This document shows positions 13,256 to 27,200 of a DNA stretch of 64,000 nt, piece by piece. The notes under the pieces are model-generated. The model was given only the letters and a program-made list of their open reading frames with translations, did not search any database and had not been told where the DNA came from. Position numbers and translations under genes: made by a program. Position 1 is the stretch's first letter, and every line of letters starts with the position of its first letter. This DNA is from Perna viridis (taxonomy: Eukaryota), in NCBI GenBank assembly GCA_037379345.1, contig CM074524.1, forward strand, positions 24,424,750-24,488,749. The letters are read 5' to 3'.

Positions 13256-14850
13256 CCCAGCAAACAATCCGACGTTGGGAGGGCGTTGTCACAACGTAAT
13301 ACTTTACGTCGTGGCATCGCAATATTACCATTTATCCTGCAATGAGGTTATTTGTTAAACGAATAAATGTATACGGTTATTTTTTATTTTTTTGCTGTAT
13401 CCGTACATTAAGCATGGCCGCTACCATAGATACGATATAAACAAATTGCGATTGCGTATCCGGTTAATCTTTTTTTTTTGCTGTTTTGTTTCGTTTTCAC
13501 CTGAATGAAATAAGAGATTTTATGTAAACCAAATAATGATTTTGTTTGTATTTTTTTCACCGTCATATATATGGCAAATCCCAAATCTCGTTCAGATTTG
13601 ATTCATTATCAGTTCGCACACGACTTCCCCTGTCATTTCAGTCATGTCGGACTCGGAGCCAGAGTGTCCGTCACAATTTAACATAAACTGGTCCCCACTT
13701 AAAGAAATCGAAGCATTACAATATGATAAAACTCTTGAAGAGACAAATGACCAAGAGACTGTTACGGTCTTGGATTTATTACTGCCTAAACCCCAAGATA
13801 ATGAATCAGAGGAAAAATACATTATAGATCTGCCCATACAACTGTCTCCTCTTCTTAAAAAATCTCAAACAAGTATTTCAAATCTCAAAGAAACTAGTGC
13901 ACAAATTTCACCCCTGCACTCTACTGCCATATACCAAACAGAAACAAGTCAGCTTCCACCTTCCTCGCGAAATTCAAAACTTTAATGTTCTTAAAATCGA
14001 CTTTATAACATTCGAAATATTTGTATATATTGTTCATTATACTTATTTGTCTCTTGGAATTAAATAAATTTTGATACATTGCTTATTTTCTTCAAACAGC
14101 TTTGACGGATTTTATGGTGCGGATTGAATTTCAATGTTTACTGAGTCATGTGCCATGCGTATTAATTTTTTTCTTCGGGTTTAACGATCGGGGCTCCTCA
14201 GGGGATATGCATTTTAAAATTTTATTTTAAAGATGTACGCACGCACAAAACTATTAATATAACAGGATAAAAACAATATAGGTACATTGTCGAAAATTAT
14301 TGAAGATATGTGTATTCGGCTTGGAACGGGGGAAACACTTTACGTCGTGGCAACGCAATACTACCATATATGTTATCTCAACGTAATTTTGTAGAGTCGA
14401 TCCAGAGCACGTAAATACGACCATCCACAGAACGTCATCACATCGTCATATTGGTAATAAAGTTGTTTCATCGTCATAAAATAATGAACATGATTTTGGT
14501 TCATTTTGTGTATATTTTGCATCTATTGTTTGACTGACACAGATTTGTATTGATGTACAACAGTTTTTCCCAATTAAAGAAGTAAGATACCAGCAGTTAA
14601 TCATAATGCATGTTTAGGTAAAGTGGATAAATCATTAGTGAAAAGATAAAGTGCATTAGCTTTATTCATTAAATCACGTATATCAATACATTGGTTAGTC
14701 TTTATGTTATTAAGATTATGTTGTCTCAACGTTATAAGGTTATTTAATAGAAATATGTCCACAAAATTTTGGTTGTGACGACGTATTTTCACGATATTAC
14801 TTTCTCACGACCAATACCCGACGTCGGCAAAACGTTGTGTGTTTGCTGGG
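13256..14850. mobile_element. 1.6-kb non-autonomous TIR DNA transposon (CCCAGCAAACA termini, 2-bp TSD; EnSpm/CMC-like)
   Basis: Left end GT|CCCAGCAAACA, right end TGTTTGCTGGG|GT. Subterminal ACAACGT/ACGTTGT-type motifs and an internal 31-bp direct repeat (13301, 14337). Confidence 0.75.
13644..13985 (+). CDS. 113-aa acidic then Ser/Thr-rich ORF carried inside the TIR element; unknown function
   Basis: Uninterrupted ATG..TAA ORF followed by AATAAA at 14063-14068. No recognisable domain. Confidence 0.3.
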   Translation: MSDSEPECPSQFNINWSPLKEIEALQYDKTLEETNDQETVTVLDLLLPKPQDNESEEKYIIDLPIQLSPLLKKSQTSISNLKETSAQISPLHSTAIYQTETSQLPPSSRNSKL

Positions 14851-16209
14851 GTAACCCTACGGCACGAATTTAAATATTTACAACATATAAAGGCAGCATG
14901 TAATGGTTTTTGCTAGGTCAAATATTTCATTTTCTAATCAATTTATTGTAAACATTATGCTAAAAAGCCAGTGCATAGTCTTAATATGTTGGTTGGTAAA
15001 AATTGCATGTCATAAAAATGTTAATACATAATTATATTTGTATATTGGCAGGTTATTATAACTGTGTTACTGTGATATGTGTAATTTTTCAAAATTCCCA
15101 AAAGATTACTGTTATAACCTTGGTTCCCTTGATTACTCTTAGATAACAGGTGAAAGCTAAGTAAGTGAGGTAAAGAAGGAAATCAACGGGGTGGGATTTC
15201 GATCAAGAAATGTGTTAAAGGGGGAGGGGATGTTTCAAGTTACCATTTGCATGCTCATTTTTTAACACACACACACACACACACACACCCCTCTGTTTGC
15301 CGATCGAGCGTTTTAGAAAATGTATCAATTAGATAGTCAAGACATGCGGGCATGGCTCAGAGTTTTAGGTAAGGGGGGACCCCCAAAAAAAATCCTGACA
15401 GGATTACCGGTGAGGATCACGAAGTGAGTATTTTTCATGATTTAATTCACACAATAGCATGCATGATTGCTTTTCGTTGTACATTCTCAATTCAGTCAAT
15501 TTCTTTACTTTTGTAGGGGCTCCAAACACTCTATATGTACATTTATATACCAACAATTTGGTTTGCCTTGTTGACTTGGATTTGTTATGTTATGCTTGTC
15601 GAATATTAAATTTCTATCGATGTTTACCCGACTGTCGTTCTCCATGTCAAATACTATTAATTCCAGAATTGTTGATGTGCCGCCATATTACTTCATTCTT
15701 CATGTATAAATGTTGTATCAACACATTTCAAAGCTGGCTGAAAATTTATAACCATAGAGCTAGCCATACCCACGCCCTCGATCCAAATCAGAACTGATTT
15801 CATGTTTTGTCATGTTGTTCTAAACCAGAGTGTTCACATTCATTATAATTCAAATGGACTCCGCTGAAAAAAAAAAAAAGTTTAATTTTAATTGTGCCAA
15901 ACGTTTGCAAAAATGTATTCAGCAGATTAAGCCTCACCCTGGTCCACCATTATAAATCCCTTTTTCTTTCTATAAAATTCTACATGCATCCGCCCCTACC
16001 GTAATTAAGTGTGTTCTCTGCGTGTGTTCATGTTTTTGGAGACATGCACATGTGAAATCATATGATATAATAGTCAAAAATAACAAAAATGAAAAAAAAA
16101 CACACCATCAAAATGAATTGCAGGAAAATGCAGTTTTCATCGTTTTTAAGAATATTGTTATGACTAGAAATTTTTTTGTCATCTCTGCACGTACAATACA
16201 GGATCACCT

Positions 16210-16640
16210 TTCTCTATATAGTGAAGTGTACACGTGGTGTTGATGTCAAGAATTATGTATTCAGGGGTGTGCATAGCTTAAATAATGGTCGAGATAAAGA
16301 TGTGACGAATAAACACAAACCTTTAGAATGGGAATGGGATGATTGTGGAACATGGGTTTCCAAAACAACATCCACCAAAACTACAAATTATGTACGAAAA
16401 GTTGACGGCACTCTTCATTCATGTGTCAAAAAGAATGCCTTTATTGCGAAGAAATAATAAAAAGAATTTATTTCTTTAGAACCTCAACCAGACGTTTCTA
16501 ATTTATTTGTGCTTAAGCGTTATTACGCATCCCTGAAAAGGGATAAGCAATACAAGAAGAGAATAAGTTGGTTTGAGAAAATGCCTGGCCATTCAAATGA
16601 CACAATGTCTAAAACAGTTGCCGAATATATTGGCTCTGTT
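16210..16640 (+). pseudogene. Decayed transposon-derived coding fragment (possibly Mutator-like N-terminal region)
   Basis: Frameshifted protein-like text WDDCGTWVSKTTSTKTTNY...LEPQP...LKRYYASLKRDKQYKKRISW...VAEYIG. A Mutator-like terminus lies downstream at 18001-18126. The family assignment is recalled from similar proteins and is not verified. Confidence 0.4.
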
Positions 16641-18000
16641 GCAAAAATGTATGTGCTGTGGCGGAAAGGATGTGAAGACATCAAGCAATGTTATAACATC
16701 TACTGAAGGGTAACTGGTGATTCCCAAAACAAGTGCTTGTGCCAGAAAGCCAGGCCAGCATTTTTTTGTTTTGTTTTTTCGTCCGATTTGAAAAAAAATT
16801 TTTTATAAATATTTTTGCAATGTTTGTACAGCTTATTATATCTTATAGCTAAAATAATTGTCAAGAGGTAATTAGACGATCATGAATACGTTGATTTAAC
16901 AATATTTCACTACCAAATGTGCAAGCGCGTGTCTACTCTTTCAAAATACTTTGATGCAGGCACGCTGATCCCGATTTCACTAGGAAATCATTGCATATGA
17001 ACAGACAGGAGTGCGCGCGAAAGGGGGGGGGGGGCTTTCTTTTTCCTGTTTTCTTTTCAACATTTCTTTCATTATTTTATCAGATTCGCTAAAATCGTAT
17101 TTTTTTTCATTCATTACGTCCACAGTTGTAATAATTTAATGTAGTATCGTAACTTTTCAATACTTTTTTAATTATTTTTAAAATTGACGTTAACAAAAAG
17201 ACTGATTGAACATTTTATATATATTTTCATTGGGGTTATTTAATAAATTGTCAATATAGTTAATAAAAGTCCCGATTAAAAATAAAGCTGTCAGCATAAC
17301 TTTAAAAAAAAAATATCTAAAATTTTGTCTTCAAATCGGTTTCTTTCCATTTTTACAATGTCCACATCAAACGGGAGACATTTGTGATATTGTAATACTC
17401 TTTGATCTTATCATTATGTCCTGAAAAATTATGACATCGTCTGCAGCACAAACTGTTCTTTCCAAAAAAGTTGGTTTTATTAAAATACGCCAAGAAACAA
17501 CTTAGATATATTGGTGAAATGGGAAGCAAGCATTTCTTAATGTTACCCGTCCACATATGAAAATGGACGTTCTTGTGATCGAATAATCCTTTCCCTCCAA
17601 AACTAACGGGGTCTTTCAAAGATTTATGATTGTAATTCTAAAAAAACTTTCGAACATTTTACATTTGGAACTTTGGTTAACTTTCCGCACGTGTATAACG
17701 CACAAACCACAATAAAATATAGCATCGGATGGGTAACTTTACTATTAAAGTCATAAAATTTAGTTGGCTCAAAGAATCATTTCCTCTTCATTCTTTTGTC
17801 ACTAACTTTTTAATTTTTAACCTTACATGGCAAATTTATATCAACTATGCATGTACAAAAGTTTTATTTTATTTTTTTTTTATTTATTTTTTTTTAAATA
17901 TAACTTCTTACAAACTTCTCCATTTTCAGTTTTCCTATTAAAAAAGATACTTTTTTCATCTTTTTATTATTCAAACTGAAAATAAATATAGTCTATATCC

Positions 18001-18126
18001 TCTTGTCGGTATTGTTTTAGTTTTTTGTCGCTAATTCAATGTTTCTTTTCGTTAATTCAAGTTTCTTGTCGCTAAATCAATTTCTTGTCGCTTCTTGACG
18101 CTTCTTGTCGGCAATTAGTGAGACCC
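18001..18126. mobile_element. DNA transposon terminus with subterminal CTTGTCGCT repeats (Mutator-like)
   Basis: About 7 copies of (C/T)TTGTCG(C/G)T ending in AATTAGTGAGACCC (reverse complement GGGTCTCACTAATT). The partner terminus was not found. Confidence 0.5.
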
Positions 18127-18214
18127 AAATAACGTGCCATTTCCTGACCTTCCGGATATCTAGAGTCCAAAGTTCCTTGTCATTTAAAGCGAAGTTTTCT
18201 TCAAATTATCGATA

Positions 18215-21200
18215 ATGACTGACTTTCAGACTGGCTTAAAGGAATTTCTAGTAACGTTTTTCTATATTTTCGTGTACTGGATCCAAGCTGTCTTTTTTGC
18301 ATTCATTCCTGCAAGCTGGCGAGTCAAAGAAGTCGCAGGCGAAACAGTCCTTGTGACTGGAGCTGGTATGAGGTTTTGTGTTTATTTTATATGAGTTAAC
18401 GCTTTGTCAAGCAGGGACAGACCTATTTGTATTGAATTGACATGTGGTTATCTTGATAATGCACCGATACGTTGTGTGGCATGACTGCCTACTATTCCCT
18501 TTTGGGATTCAGTGATCGGTTGTAGTCAAACAAAAAAAAAGAAAAAAAATATCTCCAACACCTAATGCAATAAGGGGTTAGACGGCCTACCTGCATTGTG
18601 GTAGGTAGTGATATTTAAATAGCCAGTTAATTGACTTTGCTAAAGAATTAATTCTTGGTTTGTCCCTGGCTTGTCACCAAGGGGTCTAGAGTTTGATCCT
18701 CGGTTGGGGAGTATAATTTTGTTGGTCAAAATTTTGTGGCAATATTTATTTGTGTAAACACCAAAATGGTTATGGCATGTTCAGCACAAAAAATACAATT
18801 ACTAGAACTTGCTAAAAACAATAGTAGGTGTAAGACATAATACTATCTGGATGAAATCTGATCATGTGGAAATTATTTTCACATTAATTTTTTTCTGGAG
18901 GATATTATTTCACTATAATTCTAATCATGATATTCTTCATGCTTATAGCAGTTTTTGATTGGTCGAGAACATCTTTGACAGAAAGTTCATACTTGCATTA
19001 ACCTTACCAGATTGTTCATACATGCATGAGCGTCAGTCAACCTGAAACCAATATAGCGGTCGTGTAGTTCGAAAGAGTGTGGCAATGAACTAAAAGGGCA
19101 TAATATAGCCGTAAGAATAGTTTATTACATCCACATTGATTTACCGGTCAAGTTTGTTTACAAAGAGTAATTTTCAGCTCGGTGAAAGAAACTTATAAAT
19201 GCTTAAAATCCAACTACCAGTTAATTCGCCCCCAAATTAAATTATCCCAGAACTAGATTTTATAAATACATTGACCGGTTTAACTCATTTAAAAAAAAAA
19301 AATTCCCAAATGTCAGGATAGAATTATAAGGATTAAACAGCTGTTTTTGGTCGTTCATGCATGTATAAAAGGATCTCTCCTCTCACAAACATTACATGAA
19401 CTTCCTTCGGCCGTTCATTGAGTTTGGCACCTCCATGATCCATTCATCAGGGATTGATAATTCATAAAGCCTAATGCCCAGGACTAAAAAATTGAAACTC
19501 AGACTTGCCCTTTTTTACAATGAAATAATACTGTCAGCATGGCAATTCTAAAAAAAATAAAAACTCTTTTTTGAAAGATTTTGTTTTCATTATATGGACC
19601 ATGTTTCTCAGTCTATTCCCTGACATATAAATAGTTATAACTTTATTTTTAGAATGGGTATTCATTAGAACGATCTCCTGTAGGTTAATTATTCTCAAGT
19701 ATGAATCACACCTGTGCTTGATCAGGCACATTTTTTGACATACAACTAATTTTATTACTCAAGTGCTGGAATGATAAAGATCTACTTTCGTTGATAAACT
19801 TTTGAGAAAAAATATCATTGCTCAATTACAATTTCACAGTTAAAAAACCGCAGAAACGGAAAGCTGATGACAAAGCATTAGACCGGGAGACAGAATCAAT
19901 TGACACTGTGTCTTCTCCCCTGCAAACATAGAAATATACATAAGAATATCAGATAACAAAATCGCATTTATATATCTTACGATTGGGACTTGACAAAACA
20001 TTGTTTGGGCTTAGTGTACAAAAGATGGAAAAGTTCAGGGCTCGGGTCTTCCCAAAAAAAAATTCAACTCCTGTTCATACATGCATGAACAACTGAAAAA
20101 AGCTGTGTAATCCTATAATGAACAATTTTCCACACCTATTAAATTGTTTCCACAACATGTAGTTGAACAATGATATTTGCTATAATTTATTTAACAAAGG
20201 ATATAAGTTCATACTATACAGTATTAAATGATATCCAGAAAATAGTTCACATTGAGTGAATAGAATTCATAATTATACAGAGGATATTATTTCATACTAT
20301 TAAATAATATCCTGGATATAATTCATATATGAAGAGTGAACAGAACTGACTTACTCTTGATAAAATCCAGGAGTTAAATATAAACTTAAGCTAAGTTTAT
20401 TCATATAATATGGTATTTACATTTTGTAATGATGTCTATAAGAATTTTTTTTTTAAATCCATGTGATTAATCTGCATTTGTAATTTTTTTTAATACACTG
20501 AATATGTACTTCAAATTGGTGATATCCTGTAAGTGAAGGCTACAATACTAATTTGAATTTCAAACTCCTCCCTTAAGGTCCTGAATTTTGACTTGATGTG
20601 GACATTTTTTATTACTGAGGTATTGATCAATGTATATAAAATTTTTTTTCCAAAAACCATATATTGAGAGTATTAACCAACAATTACAAGACACTTAAAA
20701 AATTTAAGTGACGAGTATGATTAAATCTTGCCACGCGAGATACATGTACATGTACAACAAGAAAGCTTGAGATTCCAACCCTGTCTCATTATAAAGATCC
20801 TTGATAAAATGGATAATATCAATTAAACTATATCCTTGGTTAAAAACTACATGTAAAATATTCCATGAAATATCATTCAGGATACTTATTAATATCTGAA
20901 AACATCCTGGATGAAAATTAATATCTAAAAGCATCCTGGATAACACATCATATAAAAAACTATCCAAATCGTTAACACTTATAACACTATAAACTCTTTT
21001 TACTCCACAAAGAACCAAGCCTAACTTTTTTTTATAGTACCCTTAAAGAAAACCTTTTTCAGATACTTGTATGTTTAATCATCATGAGGTTGAGTGTGGA
21101 AAATATTTAATAGCTATAGAAAACATTTAACTATTATACAATTTCCCCTGATTAAATTTGATATTATTTTTTTTTTTCGGTGGTCAGTATTTCACACTGG

Positions 21201-24200
21201 ATACTCTTGGATGTTACATAGGGACATCCTACATATGTAGATTCTCTGTCAAAACATTGCTCAAAATCTTTCAGAAGTAAAGTCGGCCGTAAGGATGTGA
21301 TTGTTTGAACTTTTAAAGCACATGTACAGTGAGCATTATACACTACCATCAACCAAAATTGCTCTATTCTTCACAGTGGAGTTACTCATGTCCTCCACTG
21401 TGACTCCATCAGAGTAAACACTAAGATAAAATTACTCCATTGTAACTTTTCTTTTTTTTTTTTCTGTCCTTAACTGAGAAATATTATTGACTGCTAGAAC
21501 CATTAAATATACTTTGGTATAAAAACAGGACAAGTCAGTTATAGATAATTTTTTAAACAGGGACTCCACTGTGAGAGTGGAGACACTGTGACTCCCTTCA
21601 TAATATCTCCACAGTGGAGAGTAGAGACACTGTGACCCCTCCCCCCTCATAATATCTCCGCTGTGGAGAGTGGAGACACTGTGACTCACTCTTATAATAA
21701 CTCCACTGAGGAAAGTGGAGAAATTGTACATGTTTAGGTGTATTGTTACAGCCCTAATTACCGCCTCTTTACGTGAGGCCTGGGTAATATACAAAATGTA
21801 ATATAATAATGTAAATGTTAGTAAATGTTCATTACCAATTGTTCCCTGCACGAATTAAATCTCTTACAGTTCTTGGTTCAAGGAATACCTTGTTTTCCCA
21901 ATAATGAACTGACTATCCTATTTACTATTTCAAGCTCAATCTCAATAGTTTAACATTAATTTAGATAAAAATTGTGATTGACTGGTTATTTCAAATCCTC
22001 AATTGTGTCACAGGGTATGATGTTAACATACTATGAACCTTGTCTTATCCAGCTTAGGTTGATGAAGATTCTGCTTTCCCAAATTGAAAATAGGTTGTTC
22101 TTTAGTACGCAAATATTGAAAAATGAATAGAATTTTGTTTTCCTCCAGGAAGGTATAATTTACCTTTCACTTGTCTTAATGGTATACATGTATGTAAGTT
22201 TCACTTGTCCTGAGCAATAGGATAACCTTTGAAGTCTTAACCTGTGTCAAGTAAAGTTTATGTCACAAGAAAAAAAGTTTTGTAATGTTTTGATTTGAAA
22301 AAGTTTTATGGGATAATTCAGCTAGGAGTTTGGGACATATGGTTATGTGGAGCAGTCTGTTAGACTTTTTATAGAATTTCTTTTCAAATCTTTTACTTGT
22401 ACATGTATCTTAACGTATCAAATTATTGAACTTATTTTAATTGTATTTAGTTCCTTTTATTTTCACTTTAAATATTTACTGTTCATTACTGATTTTACCA
22501 ACTTTGTACTGCCTTTTGTATTGTAATATACTGGAAATTACTAATAGAAATGGAAGCGGGAGGTTTAGCGTGCTGTAAAACCAGGTTTAATTTTTTAACC
22601 CACCATTTTCGATGGAAATGACTGTACCAAATAAGTCAGGACCATTCCAACTTTGTAGTTTTTCCCTTGATGTTGACATTTGTAATGCAGACTTTCCTTT
22701 TTGATTATCCTTTTGATTTTTGCTAAGAATTGTTTGTTAATTTTGTTATTATCCTTCAATCAGTTTGTTAATTTTGTTATTATCCTTCATTGACTTTTAT
22801 ATGAAATTATTTTTCAGGCAGTGGTATTGGTCGACTAATTGCTGTTCGGTTTGCAAAATTAGGTTGTAGACTGGTCCTTTGGGATGTCAATGAACAGGGT
22901 AATGAAGAAACGGCATTGCAGATTAAGTCCTTAGGAGCTTATGTCAGGACATTTCAAGTTGACTTAAGTGATAGGGAGGCTATCTATGCTGTAGCAAAGA
23001 AGGTAAATATAGTCATATTTTGAACTTTACTGGACACAGTTTTATTGATACCTAAAAATCCAAGAAGGGTTTATACATGTCTTTTTGTGAGCATTCTCAG
23101 AGCTATTTTTCTATTGCTTAAGTGTGTTCTTCAATACATCAAAATCTGTGAAATTCTTAAACATTATTTTTAGGTTTTACAATGTACACAGGTTGAAAAT
23201 GATGTAGGTACTTCAGAACATGGCAGCTTGCTTGGCTACTGTGATTTTAGGGTGTCCCAATACCAGTCTTAACTTGGTATATAGTGTCTTCTGGAAATTC
23301 TTTTAAATATAAATTGATTTTATATTTATAGATTTCATGAAGGCTTCTTTGCATTTAAAAAGGATTACTTTCCGTGAAGCAACTGAATTTGTCATTAGAA
23401 GGAACCATAAAAACTACAACAAATTATGCCCTATATGTATTTTAAAACAGTACCAGTATAGTAAGAAATGATTCAGGACAGTTTTGTATGGAAAAATAAC
23501 AAAAGAACACACAAGGGGAAGTCCTTGGGGAAAAAAATAATACCATAACATCAAAAAGACAACATGAGAATACACAGTACAAAACAAATTAAAACAACCA
23601 AATAAGTATGGACAGAAACAGCAGGACCTCAACGCCAGGATACGGACTCAGTTAATTTGGAAGGGTGAGCAGTTCCTGTGTCTTGTAAGACACCTGCTGT
23701 GTTACTCCTGGAATGCCTAGTCCAGTTATTTTGTTTTCTTTTCATTTACAGACCAAAGAAGAAGTTGGAGATGTAGATATTCTAGTCAATAATGCAGGAA
23801 TTGTCACGGGGAAAAAGTTTTTGTCTTGTCCTGATCATTTGATCCAGAAAACTATGGAAGTCAATACCATGGCTCATTTCTGGGTATGTATTACTTGTTC
23901 TCAGGGGATCAAATATACTTTTAAGAGTAGAAGGTCCTGGACTTTTTTAAGTTTCAAATATCAATAGTCCCACTGGAAGAAAAGCAAAAGTCCTCTGCAT
24001 AAGGTTAATATTCCAGGTCTTAAATTAATTAATGTCAAAGGTTATAAGTCAGAAATTGATGGTCCTTGACCTTGGACCAACACTAATTAGAACAGCTTAT
24101 TCCTAAGATTTATCAGAAGGAAGGTGATGTCCAGTAAAATTAGGTTTGATCCTGTGAATATTTTGCATTTTTTTTTCATTACATGTGATTTAATTACTCA

Positions 24201-27200
24201 AATGAAATATCAGTTCAGCCCTAATTTCCCCATATACACATATTTCAGACTAGAAAATTAGGAAAGGAAACATTTTGTAGACCTTTTCTTTGTCAGATAG
24301 GAAGTACATTGTGGTATAGGGAGCCAGAAAAAAAACAATGGAATGTTACATTTAAAAAACTATCAAAAATATTTGATCTCTCATCTCCACCTTGAACAAG
24401 TACTTTTGCATTGTTATGTACTTTATAAGTAGATTTTTTTTTACCCCATCACTAAGCTATACACAACAGAAAGTGTTGTATACAATGGATTCATAGAAAA
24501 TTCATATGTTAATTCTTATGACTATTTTTTTTTAATAATTACATGTTTGTAAATTTATTTGGGACACTATTTCATAAAAAATGATCATGGGTAAAGTTGG
24601 TAAATATAAATAAATAAAATGGTGTTTTTTCAGCATTTTCCATTTCTCTGATCAATTGTTTCAACCACTGCCCAATTCTTACAGGAACTCAGGTATCACA
24701 ACTCTGTTTTGAGTCAGTCTCTATAAGAATCAGGCATGATATGAAATAACCCATCAATTTGACAGTGTCACTAATTGTAAAATGAGTTATAATTTAAATG
24801 AACTGCTCTACAAAGTAACATTCATTTTAAGGGCAGATAACTCAGTCAAATAATAATTTTGTAACATTCTAATAAAAGATCAAAAAGGAGTCACTTCAAA
24901 TAGAAAAGACTTCTTTGATTGAAATTATATTGTCAGATCAGATGGTTTTTGACTTGCATGTTTCTGATTTTCCAAATATGCCTGATTCTTACCAAGGCAT
25001 GTACTCACATATTGATAAGTGAGGTATTACTGTAATTTCAATTTATTTTTATTTATAGACCTGCAAAGCCTTCTTGCCTGGTATGATGGAGAGAAATCAT
25101 GGTCATATTGTAAATATTGCTAGTTCAGCTGGGTACCTAGGTGTGAATGGACTTGCAGACTATTGCGCTAGTAAATTTGCTGCAGTTGGATTTGACGAAT
25201 CACTTCGATTTGAACTTGAAATGATGGGAAAGGAAGTAAAGACCACAGTTATTTGCCCTTTTTACATTAATACTGGGATGTTTGATGGTGCGAAAACTAG
25301 GTAAGAAGTACAATGCTGGGAAGCTAGGTCTTATATGATTAGATGATTTATTGATTGTTGTCTTTTCATCATCTGTTATCATCTAGCTGCAAATACTTCA
25401 TTCATATCCAAGAGGAGAGATTAGTTGAACAAGGGTCAGTTGGTAATATAAAATGAAAGCAGGGTGCAATGGAAAATAAATAAAAACCAGTTTGGGACTG
25501 ATATCGTAAAATGGGAGAAATGAGTAAGGGCTGAAATTTTTGCCATCTCTAATGGCTACTTGCAGCCTTCTCTGACAGAACTCTACTGATAAGGTCTTTT
25601 TAATACATGCATTAAGCGTGACACTTTCCATACATGTTAGCCCTTTATGGTTCATAGTTTTTCTACAAGGTCATGTAAAGTCCCCCATGCTTCACTCTTA
25701 GTTCCCTTCCCTTTATAAATAAGACATATAAAACGATAACCAGACTACTTTACCCTCAGTCCCCAACTCCAGAAATTCCTAATTCTTGATCCCACACATT
25801 CCCACTTCCTTCCCCTTAACTCCTGTGTAACCCATCCCTGTGTCTACCATATTCCTTTAATATAATTAGTTACAAAATTGAATTAAGAAATAAGTATACA
25901 TCCCATTCAGATATAATAGTTTGTTATTGCATGTACAAAATAATTCAAATTTTCTTGGTACATTTTCTTGAAATGAAGAAACATCCTAGTACCTTAATTT
26001 AAATATCATATTGAGACAGTCGAGATCCAGATTGAGCTGATACTCTTTACTTTTTGAACTTTTTTTGCCTCGAAAACAGATCCTACTCAAAAAGAAGGGA
26101 TACTAAAACTGCTTCCAAAAGTTTATAGATTAAATTATATTAGCATTTTTTTTTTTTTCTAGGTTTCCTTTCATCTTACCCATTTTACAACCTGAAGATA
26201 CAGCCAACAAAATAGTAGATGCTGTTCTGTGTAACCAACATGTAGTTCTGTTACCAAAGAGTCTGTATTTCTTCATGGCGTTGAAAGGGTAAGTATAATA
26301 ACCTGTAAGCTGCCTTAAAGTTTTTCTTCTAGTGTAGATGTAAGCACTTCTCTGTCTAAGAATCAGGGATAGGAATTACTCTGAGGAAAAATGACAGGAA
26401 AGTTTTCCCTCTCTTTTTTCTTTTATAAGCACTAAAATAATATTATGTTACAGATGTGTCAGTATAAATTTTAAACAGCTGTTTGTTTTCTAGATATATT
26501 GAATATATATGAGGCAAAAATGACCAAATTGGAAAAACCAATGTGCCACCAATTGCCTGGTTCTTATATAGACTGGTACCTAAAGCTTTTTTTTAATCAA
26601 TTCATGTATCAGTAGTTGGTACAGATATGAAGGTCTTCTATACAGCTATACCAAGGCCTTGATTACACACTAAAGAGTACCTCAGTGCCATTCCTTGCTT
26701 ACACATTGAAGAGTACCTCATTGCCATTCCAAGAGTACCTCAGTGCCATTCCTAGAGTGCCCCGTTGCCATTCCTAGAGTACCTCAGTGCCATTCCTAGA
26801 GTACCTCAGTGCCATTCCTTGCTTACACATTGAAGAGTACCTCAGTGCCATTCCTAGAGTGCCTCGTTGCCATTCCTAGAGTACCTCAGTGCCATTCCTA
26901 GAGTGCCTCGTTGCCATTCCTGGAGTACCTCAGTGCCATTCCTAGAGTACCTCGTTGCCATTCCTAGAGTACCTCATTGCCATTCCTAGAGTACCTCAGT
27001 GCCATTCCTTGCTTACACATTGAAGAGTACCTCAGTGCCCTTCCTAGAGTACCTCAGTGCCATTCCTGGAGTACTTCATTGCCATTCAGGTTTCATAATA
27101 AAACTCATTAAAAGGCCCTGCTTTGTTGGATTCCTTTATTTCTATCTTCAACTTAACTAATGTATCTTTAAGTTTTTTTTATGAAATCAGCACCATATTT

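Noticed and set aside
23192-23275. CAG|GTTGAAAATGATGTAG (VENDVG) resembling the start of SDR exon 3
   Set aside because: Similarity covers only 6 codons, followed by unrelated sequence and a stop. Insufficient to call a duplicated exon.
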